A DNA stretch of 24,000 bases from Parvibaculum sp. Its GTDB lineage: Bacteria > Pseudomonadota > Alphaproteobacteria > Parvibaculales > Parvibaculaceae. Each line of letters begins with the position of its first letter. The stretch's first letter is position 1. Both the position numbers and the translations under genes were made by a program. Shown here piece by piece: positions 16,452 to 23,076 of the stretch. The DNA lies in NCBI GenBank assembly GCA_019635955.1, contig JAHBYL010000034.1, positions 5,029-29,028 of the forward strand, given 5' to 3'. Below the pieces are notes generated by a model. It had not been told where the DNA came from, searched no databases, and saw only the letters and a program-made list of their open reading frames with translations.

Positions 16452-17546
16452 TCACTTGCCTCCGCCCGACATGTTCATCTCGGGAATTTTCGTTTCGATG
16501 GCGGGCGCTTCCGCGCGCTTGTGATGGCGAATGCCCTGCTCCACGCGCACCGCGACATGATTGCCGACACGGCCCATCTTCCCCGTGCCGAGGCGAATGC
16601 CGCCGCAGCGCAGGTCGACCGAGCAGTCGGGACCGTTGTTCAGCATGAGCGTCTGGCCGGGCACGAAATTCATCACGTCCCGCAGCGTCAGCTTCTGTTC
16701 GTCGAGCACCGCTTCGAGCGCAACCTTGGTGGACCAGAGTTCGGTCGCGAGATGGCTTTCCCAGATCGAATCGCGCCCGAATTTCTCGCCCATGAACATC
16801 TGCAGCAGAAGTTCGCGGATCGGCTCGAGCGTCGCATAGGGGAGCATCATCTCGATGCGTCCGCCGCGGTCTTCCATGTCGACGCGCAACCGCACGAGAA
16901 TGGCCGCGTTGGCTGGGCGCGCGATCGCCGCAAAGCGCGGATTGGTCTCCATCCGGTCGAATTCGAGCGTGACCGGCGACAGCGGCTCGAATGCCGCCTG
17001 CACGTCCTGCAGCACGACCTCGATCATGCGCTGGACGAGATTGAGTTCGATGGTCGTATAGGGCCGGCCTTCGATGCGCATGGCCGCCGTGCCGCGCCGT
17101 CCGCCCAGAAGCACGTCGACGATCGAATAGATCAGGTTCGAGTCGACCGTGAACATGCCGTAATTGTCCCACTGCTTCGCGCGGAAAACCGCAAGAATGG
17201 CGGGCAACGGAATCGAATTGAGATAATCGCCGAAGCGGATCGAAGACACGTTGTCGAGCGACACTTCGACGTTGTCGGAGGTGAAGTTGCGCAGCGAAAC
17301 CGTCATCAGGCGCACCAGCCTGTCGAAGACGATCTCGAGCATCGGCAGGCGCTCATAGGAAACGAGCGCCGAATTGACGATGGCGTCGATGCCATGCCGT
17401 TCCGGAACCGTGTCCTCATCGACCTCGAAGCCGAGAAGACTGTCGATCTCGTCCTGGTTGAGAACGCGCTCGGGCGCCTTCGAAGCGGCTTCCGTCGCTG
17501 CGGCAAGCACGTCTTTGGCGATATCCTGGGTTTCTTCGGCGCTCAT
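16452..17546 (-). CDS. fliM: flagellar motor switch protein FliM
   Basis: 364 aa. It has an N-terminal CheY-P-binding-type motif, LNQDEIDSLLG. The central and C-terminal FliM regions include …FDRLVRLMTVSLRNFTSDNVEVSL… and …LMLNNGPDCSVDLRCGGIRLGTGKMGRVGNHVAVRV. Confidence 0.95.
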   Translation of the reverse strand: MSAEETQDIAKDVLAAATEAASKAPERVLNQDEIDSLLGFEVDEDTVPERHGIDAIVNSALVSYERLPMLEIVFDRLVRLMTVSLRNFTSDNVEVSLDNVSSIRFGDYLNSIPLPAILAVFRAKQWDNYGMFTVDSNLIYSIVDVLLGGRRGTAAMRIEGRPYTTIELNLVQRMIEVVLQDVQAAFEPLSPVTLEFDRMETNPRFAAIARPANAAILVRLRVDMEDRGGRIEMMLPYATLEPIRELLLQMFMGEKFGRDSIWESHLATELWSTKVALEAVLDEQKLTLRDVMNFVPGQTLMLNNGPDCSVDLRCGGIRLGTGKMGRVGNHVAVRVEQGIRHHKRAEAPAIETKIPEMNMSGGGK

Positions 17547-17570
17547 GAAAACCTGTCTGCGACTGAACTG

Positions 17571-18074
17571 TTACTGGACGATGATTTCCTTGAAGAGCAC
17601 GTCCTTGACGAGCGGCTCTTGCGTCGCAAGGGCAAGCCGGCGCATCAGCTCTTCGCGGAGATTGAGCATGCCCTGCGAGCCCTCGAGATCTTCCGGGCGC
17701 AATTCGCGGAGGAATGTCTGGAAGCCGTCCATGATGCGCGGCATCGCCGCCTCGATCAGCGGTACGGATTCCTTGTCGCGCACCTGCAGCGACACGCGCA
17801 TCTTGAGATAATGCTGCGGCGGCGGGCCGGCGAGATTTACGAGGAAATCCGGCATATCGTAGTAGACGGGCGCAGCCACCACGGGCGCCACCTCTTCCGG
17901 CTCGGCGCTGCCGCCGAGAATGCCCGACATATAGACGCCCACGCCCGCTCCGATCAGCAGGAGCAGCGGCAGCCCCACGTAAAGCACGAGCACCTTGCCC
18001 GCCAGCCTGCTCTTCGCAGGCGGCGCAGCACCTTCCACATCGTCTTCTGAAATGTCGGCGTCCACTGCGGCCAT
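17571..18074 (-). CDS. fliL: flagellar basal body-associated protein FliL
   Basis: 167 aa. It has a single TM segment (VLVLYVGLPLLLLIGAGVGVY), then YYDMPDFLVNLAG…YLKMRVSLQV…FLRELRPEDLEGSQGMLNLREEL…VKDVLFKEIIVQ, typical of FliL. Confidence 0.9.
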   Translation of the reverse strand: MAAVDADISEDDVEGAAPPAKSRLAGKVLVLYVGLPLLLLIGAGVGVYMSGILGGSAEPEEVAPVVAAPVYYDMPDFLVNLAGPPPQHYLKMRVSLQVRDKESVPLIEAAMPRIMDGFQTFLRELRPEDLEGSQGMLNLREELMRRLALATQEPLVKDVLFKEIIVQ

Positions 18075-18151
18075 TTCGGTATCGCCCCGGATGTTCGCGA
18101 AAGCGCACCTGCGCGCTTCCCTGAATTACAACCGGATGCTCGCCGACTTTG

Positions 18152-18167
18152 GTTAACGAAGCGTTGG
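18152..18167 (-). promoter_or_regulatory. CtrA half-site-like element upstream of fliL
   Basis: The minus strand reads CCAAcgcttcgTTAACCAA. The right half matches TTAACCAT-type CtrA half sites. It lies about 80-95 bp upstream of the fliL ATG. Confidence 0.35.
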
Positions 18168-18231
18168 CGAAACCGGCTCGCGGCGAAATGTCTTTAAAGA
18201 TTGGCACACGAGAGGCAGGCCCCGCTCGGCA

Positions 18232-18246
18232 CGGCAAAATCTGCCC
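18232..18246. promoter_or_regulatory. CGGCA-N5-TGCCc element (ftr-like enhancer candidate) upstream of flgF
   Basis: The sequence is cggcaAAATCtgccc, centred about 95 bp upstream of the -12 element (18335-18336) of the sigma54-type promoter at 18322-18337. Confidence 0.45.
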
Positions 18247-18291
18247 GGTAATCCCTGCCGAAAGCGCCGCCGCGCAAGGAGGTAATTACTC

Positions 18292-18304
18292 TAACTGTTT
18301 GATT
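18292..18304 (-). promoter_or_regulatory. IHF-consensus match (WATCAANNNNTTR)
   Basis: The minus strand reads AATCAAacagTTA, inside the only AT-rich stretch of this intergenic region. It lies between the ftr-like element and the -24 element. Confidence 0.35.
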
Positions 18305-18321
18305 TAGAACAGTTTTTTATC

Positions 18322-18337
18322 TGGCACAGGCCCTGCA
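18322..18337 (+). promoter_or_regulatory. sigma54-type -24/-12 promoter for flgF-flgG-flgA-flgH
   Basis: TGGCACaggccCTGCA has GG (18323-18324), N10, then GC (18335-18336). This is close to TGGCAC-N5-TTGCA. It lies about 55 bp upstream of the flgF ATG. Confidence 0.6.
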
Positions 18338-18392
18338 CTCCCTGTGGCAACGCAATCATGCGCCCTCGACAAGACGACCAGCCGGACCCGAC

Positions 18393-19127
18393 ATGGAAAA
18401 CGCTCTGCTCATAGGTCTCTCGCGCCAGATGGCAATGGCCCGCGAAATGGCGACCATCGCGAACAACATCGCGAATGTGAACACGACCGCTTTCAAGGCG
18501 GAGACAATGATGTTCGAGCAATATCTGAAGACGGATGCCTCCGAGGAATCCCCGGACCGGCGCATCTCCTTCGTCCAGGATGTCGGCCAGTACCGCAACA
18601 TGCGCGACGGCGCCCTGCAGACGACGGGCAATCCGTTCGATATGGCGATCGCGGGCGAAGGCTTCTTCCGGATCGAAACGGAAGCCGGCGTGCGCTACAC
18701 GCGCAACGGCAACTTCAACCTGAACAATGAAGGCCAGCTCGTCACCTCGGCGGGCGATCTCGTGCTGACGGATGCAGGCTCCCCCATCGCCTTCGCCAAT
18801 GACGAGACGGGCATCACCATCGCCCGCGACGGCACCATCTCGACCGATCAGGGCCGGCGCGGACGTCTCGCCGTCGTGACCTTCGAAAATCCGCAGGACA
18901 TGAAGAAGACGGGCGACTCTCTGCTTGAAACGGCGCAGCAGGAAGTTCCGGCCGAAAACATCCGTCTGGTCCAGGGCGCGCTCGAGGGATCGAACGTCAA
19001 TCCCATTCTCGAGATGACGAACATGATCGACGTCTCGCGCTCCTATGCCAGCGCTCAGAAGCTCATCGACCAGGCCGACCAGATGCGGCGTCAGGCCATC
19101 CAGCAACTTGGCGGCACCGCGGCTTAA
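18393..19127 (+). CDS. flgF: flagellar basal-body rod protein FlgF
   Basis: 244 aa; MENALLIGLSRQMAMAREMATIANNIANVNTTAFKAE… plus the C-terminal …LEGSNVNPILEMTNMIDVSRSYASAQKLI, which are rod-protein terminal motifs. It lies upstream of flgG. Confidence 0.9.
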   Translation: MENALLIGLSRQMAMAREMATIANNIANVNTTAFKAETMMFEQYLKTDASEESPDRRISFVQDVGQYRNMRDGALQTTGNPFDMAIAGEGFFRIETEAGVRYTRNGNFNLNNEGQLVTSAGDLVLTDAGSPIAFANDETGITIARDGTISTDQGRRGRLAVVTFENPQDMKKTGDSLLETAQQEVPAENIRLVQGALEGSNVNPILEMTNMIDVSRSYASAQKLIDQADQMRRQAIQQLGGTAA

Positions 19128-19168
19128 CGCGCGCACCGCAGGCAACGTAGAGTAGGGAACAGAAAATC

Positions 19169-19954
19169 ATGCAGTCGCTCAGCATCGCCGCCACAGGCAT
19201 GATGGCCCAGCAGCTCAATGTCGAGGTGATTTCGAACAACATCGCCAACATGAGCACCTCGGGCTTCAAGCGTCAGCGCGCCGAGTTCCAGGACCTGCTC
19301 TATCAGAACCTCCGCCGCGTCGGCACCAACTCGTCCGATGCCGGCACCATCGTGCCCGCGGGCGTGCAGGTCGGCCTCGGCGTGAAGACCGCTTCGGTCA
19401 ACCGCATCATGACGCAGGGCAATCTCGACAACACCGAGAACAAGCTCGACATCGCGATCCAGGGCCGCGGCTATTTCCGCGTCGAACTGCCGAGCGGCGA
19501 AGACGCCTATACCCGCGCCGGCTCCTTCCAGATCAGCCCGGACGGCCAGCTCGTGACGGCGGACGGCTACACCCTCGCCCCCGGCATCAACATTCCGCCG
19601 GAAGCGATCGACGTCACCATCAGCCGCGACGGTCAGGTCCAGGTCACGCTCCAGGGCGAGACCGCCTCGCAGGTCGTCGGCCAGATCGAGCTTGCGACCT
19701 TCGCCAATCACGCCGGTCTCGATCCGCTCGGCAACAATCTTTTCGTGGAGACCACCGCGAGCGGCGCGCCCACCATCGGCATTCCCGCCAATGACGGTGT
19801 CGGCTCCATCCTGCAGGGCTTCCTCGAAACCTCGAACGTGAATGCCGTGACGGAAATCACGACGCTCATCACCGCCCAGCGCGCCTATGAAATGAACGCC
19901 AAGGTCATCACCGCCTCCGACGAGATGATGTCCGTTACCACGAACATTAAGTAA
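19169..19954 (+). CDS. flgG: flagellar distal rod protein FlgG
   Basis: 261 aa; MQSLSIAATGMMAQQLNVEVISNNIANMSTSGFKRQRAEFQDLLYQ… and …LETSNVNAVTEITTLITAQRAYEMNAKVITASDEM are canonical FlgG. Confidence 0.95.
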   Translation: MQSLSIAATGMMAQQLNVEVISNNIANMSTSGFKRQRAEFQDLLYQNLRRVGTNSSDAGTIVPAGVQVGLGVKTASVNRIMTQGNLDNTENKLDIAIQGRGYFRVELPSGEDAYTRAGSFQISPDGQLVTADGYTLAPGINIPPEAIDVTISRDGQVQVTLQGETASQVVGQIELATFANHAGLDPLGNNLFVETTASGAPTIGIPANDGVGSILQGFLETSNVNAVTEITTLITAQRAYEMNAKVITASDEMMSVTTNIK

Positions 19955-19966
19955 GCGGTGAACAGG

Positions 19967-20953
19967 ATGATGATGCGTCTTCTCCCCCTCCTTGCCGCCG
20001 CCGCGTTTGTCGCGCTCGCAGGTACGGCCTCGGCCGCAGACCTCCGTTCCGCCGTGACGGTTTCGGGCCCCACGGTGACGCTCGGCGACCTCTTCGACAA
20101 TGCCGGCGCCGCCGCCGATGTCGTCATCGCCGATGCGCCGGCGCCCGGTCTTCGCAGCGAGATTTCCGTGTCGCGCATCTCCCTCGCCGCACGCCGCAAC
20201 GGTATCGCCTGGCGCAATGAAAGCGGCGTCAGCCACATCGTCGTCGCCCGTAGCGGCATCGCCGTGCCGGAAGAGGAAGTGTCCTCCGCCATTGCCGCCG
20301 CCATCGTTGCGCAGTCGCAGGGCCTCCCCTCCGCATCGCAGCTTCAGGTCGACTTCACGAACGGCGTCGCTGGGCTTCAGGTCGCCGAAGACGCCGATAT
20401 TTCCGTGAAGGTCGAGCAGCTCGCCTTCAACCGCCGCAATGGCAGCTTCACCGCGATCCTGCGTGCGCCTGCGGGCGACGCGCTGAGCCCGCTCCACCGC
20501 GTGACGGGTCGCGCCTACCCCGTCTCCGACGTACCGGTGCTGACGCGCGACATGCGCCCCGGCGACATCGTCCGCCACAGCGACATCGACTGGGTCCGCA
20601 TTCCCGCAAACCGGATCGGCCAGAACGTCATCACCTCCCTCGACCAGCTTGTCGGCATGTCGCCGCGCTATCAGGCGCGGGCGGGCGAGCCGCTTCGCCT
20701 CGCCGACATGGTTCCGCCGGTCGTCGTCCAGAAGGGCGCGCAGGTCGACATGCTTCTCGCTTCCGGCGCCTTGACGCTCATCGCCCGTGGCCGCGCGCTC
20801 GAAAACGGCGCCATCGGCGACATCATCAATGTACTGAACACGCGCTCGAACCGCACGCTTCGCGGCGTCGTGGACGGGCCGAACAGCATCCGCATCGATA
20901 CGCCTGGCAGCGCCCGCGCCGTCTCGGCCGCCGCCCAGCCGAACAATTCGTAA
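19967..20953 (+). CDS. flgA: flagellar P-ring assembly chaperone FlgA
   Basis: Signal peptide MMMRLLPLLAAAAFVALAGTASA. The C-terminal half is SAF/FlgA-like: …RPGDIVRHSDIDWVRIP…LVGMSPRYQARAGEPLRLADMVPPVVVQKGAQVDMLL…ALENGAIGDIINVLNTRSNRTLRGVV. The track ORF starts at GTG 19958; the ATGs at 19967-19975 are more likely. Confidence 0.85.
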   Translation: MMMRLLPLLAAAAFVALAGTASAADLRSAVTVSGPTVTLGDLFDNAGAAADVVIADAPAPGLRSEISVSRISLAARRNGIAWRNESGVSHIVVARSGIAVPEEEVSSAIAAAIVAQSQGLPSASQLQVDFTNGVAGLQVAEDADISVKVEQLAFNRRNGSFTAILRAPAGDALSPLHRVTGRAYPVSDVPVLTRDMRPGDIVRHSDIDWVRIPANRIGQNVITSLDQLVGMSPRYQARAGEPLRLADMVPPVVVQKGAQVDMLLASGALTLIARGRALENGAIGDIINVLNTRSNRTLRGVVDGPNSIRIDTPGSARAVSAAAQPNNS

Positions 20954-20994
20954 AAGCACAAGGCCCCATGGGTCCCGACCGAAAAGGTAAAGTC

Positions 20995-21732
20995 ATGTTC
21001 GCCGGTACTGCTTCCCGCTTCGCTGTCATCGTCCTTCTCGGCGCCACGCTCGCCGCCTGCAACGCGCCGGACCGCCTGTCGAATATCGGCAAGGCGCCGG
21101 ATCTCGCGCCCATCGGCACCACCCCGCCCACCGTCACGATGCCGATGCCGCAGCCCGAACATGTGGTCTATCAGCCGAACTCGCTGTGGCGCTCCGGCTC
21201 GCGCGCCTTCTTCCGCGATCAGCGCGCCGCCCGCGTCGGCGACATTCTCACCGTGAACATCAACATCACGGACAGCGCCAAGGTGAACAACACCACGAAG
21301 CGCAGCCGCGCCAACTCCGAAAGCGCCGGCGTCAACAATCTCTTCGGCTACGAGTCCTATCTCGGCAAGGTCTTCCCGGATGCGGTGGACAATACGAGCC
21401 TCGCCGATCTCGGCAGCACCAGCTCGAATGCCGGCACCGGCTCCGTCGACCGCCGCGAACAGGTGGATCTCACCATCGCGGCCGTCGTGACCGACGTCCT
21501 GCCGAACGGCAATCTCGTGATCGCGGGCCGCCAGCAGGTACGAGTGAACTTCGAGGTGCGCGACCTCCTCATCACCGGCATCGTCCGCCCCGAGGACATC
21601 ACCAACACCAACACGATCCAGCATTCGCAGATCGCCGAAGCGCGCATCTCCTATGGCGGCGAAGGCCAGATCAGCGACGTGCAGCAGCCGCGCTACGGCC
21701 AGCAGCTTCTCGACATCGTGATGCCCTTCTGA
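20995..21732 (+). CDS. flgH: flagellar L-ring lipoprotein FlgH
   Basis: Starts MFAGTASRFAVIVLLGATLAAC, which carries a lipobox. Continues …FRDQRAARVGDILTVNINITDSAKV…NLVIAGRQQVRVNFEVRDLLITGIVRPEDI…ISYGGEGQISDVQQPRYGQQ. ATG 20995 has an upstream AAAGG; the track ORF starts at 20968. Confidence 0.9.
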   Translation: MFAGTASRFAVIVLLGATLAACNAPDRLSNIGKAPDLAPIGTTPPTVTMPMPQPEHVVYQPNSLWRSGSRAFFRDQRAARVGDILTVNINITDSAKVNNTTKRSRANSESAGVNNLFGYESYLGKVFPDAVDNTSLADLGSTSSNAGTGSVDRREQVDLTIAAVVTDVLPNGNLVIAGRQQVRVNFEVRDLLITGIVRPEDITNTNTIQHSQIAEARISYGGEGQISDVQQPRYGQQLLDIVMPF

Positions 21733-21751
21733 GCAAGGCATCGCTCCAACG

Positions 21752-21783
21752 AAAAACGCGGCTCCGAAAGAGCCGCGTTTTTT
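21752..21783. terminator. bidirectional intrinsic terminator between convergent flgH and dksA
   Basis: The sequence aaaaaCGCGGCTCcgaaaGAGCCGCGtttttt has an 8-bp GC stem and a 5-nt loop, with an A-run on the left and a T-run on the right. Confidence 0.75.
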
Positions 21784-21808
21784 GTGTGTCCCGGGTGAAG
21801 TCTTCCGT

Positions 21809-22225
21809 TCAGTCGTCGCGATAGACCTTCTCGCGCCGCTCATGCCGCTCCTGGGCCTCGATCGACAGCGTCGCGATCGGGCGCGCGTCGAGCCGTTTCA
21901 GACTGATCGGCTCGCCCGTCTCCTCGCAATAGCCATAGGTGCCCTCGTCGATCCGGCGGATGGCCGCGTCGATCTTCGCGATCAGCTTGCGCTGGCGGTC
22001 GCGCGTGCGCAGCTCGAGGGAGCGTTCGGTTTCGGAAGAAGCGCGGTCGGCGAGGTCTGGATGCTGAACCGAGTCGTCCTGCAGGTGCTGCAGCGTCTCG
22101 CGGTTCTCGACCAGAATGTCCTCTTTCCACTTCTCGAGCTTGCGGCGGAAATATTCCTTCTGCCGCTTGTTCATGAACGGTTCGTCGTCTGACGGCATAT
22201 AGCCCTTGGGCAAACGCACGGCCAT
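21809..22225 (-). CDS. dksA: RNA polymerase-binding transcription factor DksA (single-Cys variant)
   Basis: 138 aa; …FMNKRQKEYFRRKLEKWKEDIL…DLADRASSETERSLELRTRDRQRKLIAKIDAAIRRIDEGTYGYCEETGEPISLKRLDARPIATLSIEAQERHERRE. It has the DksA coiled-coil tip (the 'D..A' region) and a C-terminal domain in which only the first of the four Zn-finger Cys residues is retained. Confidence 0.9.
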   Translation of the reverse strand: MAVRLPKGYMPSDDEPFMNKRQKEYFRRKLEKWKEDILVENRETLQHLQDDSVQHPDLADRASSETERSLELRTRDRQRKLIAKIDAAIRRIDEGTYGYCEETGEPISLKRLDARPIATLSIEAQERHERREKVYRDD

Positions 22226-22392
22226 CTAGGCACTCTCTTTCTGACACAAACCCTTGCCGAAGCGCGCGGAGTATAGGGAGCGCGCCCACGATTCTCAACC
22301 GGCCAATGGCCGCCAAGCCGGTGAAATATTTGTGGAAATCGCCCGGTTTCAAGTGCGGAAAGCAAAGCCCGTACAGACCGGCTCTCTAGACC

Positions 22393-22809
22393 TTAAGTAT
22401 AGGTCCCGAACTTCGCCAGTTCCACCCGCGCCCGGAGCTCGATCTGGTCGAGAACCTCCCGCAAGCCCGGGTCGGCAAAGCCGCCCTGCTGCCGCTCCAC
22501 CACCGCGAGCAGGCGCGAAAGCTTGGATTTCGGCAGTTGCCCGGCAAGCAGCGCGAGCTTGATCTCGTCCAGAATGTCGAGCATGTCCTCGGCCCGGCGG
22601 ATGGCCCGGCGTTTCGGCGCGTGGAGCGCGTCGTCGGTCTCCTGCAGCGCGAGCAGCGCATCGACCGCGGCAAGCGATGCAGGGCCCGAAAGCCCGGCCG
22701 AGCCGCGCGCCGCCGGAGCGCCGGAAAGCGAGAAATTGCCGCCGCTCCGGCCCTGCACTCCGCGCGAGCCGCCAAGCGGGGAAGCCCCTCTGCTCTCACC
22801 AATCTTCAT
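22393..22809 (-). CDS. fliX: flagellar assembly regulator FliX
   Basis: 138 aa. It has a Gly/Ser/Ala-rich N-terminus, then …LAAVDALLALQETDDALHAPKRRAIRRAEDMLDILDEIKLALLAGQLPKSKLSRLLAVVERQ…LREVLDQIELRARVELAKF. The size, the sequence pattern and the divergent placement next to flgI match Caulobacter FliX as I recall it. Confidence 0.75.
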   Translation of the reverse strand: MKIGESRGASPLGGSRGVQGRSGGNFSLSGAPAARGSAGLSGPASLAAVDALLALQETDDALHAPKRRAIRRAEDMLDILDEIKLALLAGQLPKSKLSRLLAVVERQQGGFADPGLREVLDQIELRARVELAKFGTYT

Positions 22810-22870
22810 TCATGTCTCCGGCGCATTTCCCGACGGGAACCTGCAACCCCTCCAATTTGGACCGGAGGTC

Positions 22871-22885
22871 TTAAAGCCGCGTTAA
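22871..22885. promoter_or_regulatory. TTAA-N7-TTAA CtrA-type box in the fliX/flgI divergent region
   Basis: TTAAagccgcgTTAA lies 62-76 bp upstream of the fliX ATG. Confidence 0.5.
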
Positions 22886-22898
22886 GCCTGTTTCCTGC

Positions 22899-22917
22899 CC
22901 CGGCAGGATTTGCCGGG
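22899..22917. promoter_or_regulatory. perfect 7-5-7 palindrome CCCGGCA-N5-TGCCGGG (ftr-like enhancer candidate)
   Basis: The sequence is cccggcaGGATTtgccggg. This is the longest member of the CGGCA-N5-TGCCG family, centred about 115-125 bp upstream of the flgI sigma54-type promoter elements. Confidence 0.5.
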
Positions 22918-22982
22918 AGCGGCAGCTTCTGCTCCCGCATCGGCCCTTCGGCGGCCCGGGCCGTCCAAATAAAAATCAATAA

Positions 22983-22995
22983 AATCAATTACTTG
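22983..22995 (+). promoter_or_regulatory. IHF-consensus match (WATCAANNNNTTR)
   Basis: AATCAAttacTTG sits in an AT-rich stretch that also holds a tandem 9-mer, aaaatcaat x2 (22972-22989). It lies between the palindrome and the -24 element. Confidence 0.35.
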
Positions 22996-23021
22996 ACTTG
23001 AAGAGGCGGTGCGCCGCCGCA

Positions 23022-23037
23022 TGGCATGGCTTTCGCA
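23022..23037 (+). promoter_or_regulatory. sigma54-type -24/-12 promoter for flgI
   Basis: TGGCATggcttTCGCA has GG (23023-23024), N10, then GC (23035-23036). It lies about 40 bp upstream of the flgI ATG. Confidence 0.55.
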
Positions 23038-23076
23038 AACATTGGCCCGTATCGCAAGCGATTGAACGGTCGATCC

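Noticed and set aside
16521-18050. 509-aa plus-strand ORF and the N-terminal 240 codons of track ORF 16003..17172
   Set aside because: The first is antisense to fliM and fliL. The second is an out-of-frame read-through across fliM. Only its last 148 codons, starting at MLGELPF, look like a real gene.
18202-18217. Second GG-N10-GC match, TGGCACacgagAGGCA, in the fliL/flgF intergenic region
   Set aside because: The spacing is correct, but the -12 element is weaker. The match lies upstream of the ftr-like element and about 190 bp from the flgF ATG. The 18322-18337 site fits the enhancer, IHF and promoter order better. It may still be a secondary promoter.
18276-18283. Strong Shine-Dalgarno-like AAGGAGGT with no annotated gene
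   Set aside because: No ATG, GTG or TTG start lies at a suitable distance, and the only downstream reading frame hits TGA after about 5 codons. It is probably fortuitous or part of the flgF upstream regulatory DNA.
19124-21843. 611-aa (19124..20959) and 390-aa (20671..21843) minus-strand ORFs
   Set aside because: These are antisense to flgG/flgA and flgA/flgH, all of which have unambiguous family signatures on the plus strand.
22972-22989. Tandem 9-mer, aaaatcaat x2
   Set aside because: There are only two copies, inside the AT-rich IHF-like stretch of the flgI upstream region. This is better explained as a bending or IHF site than as a repeat element.
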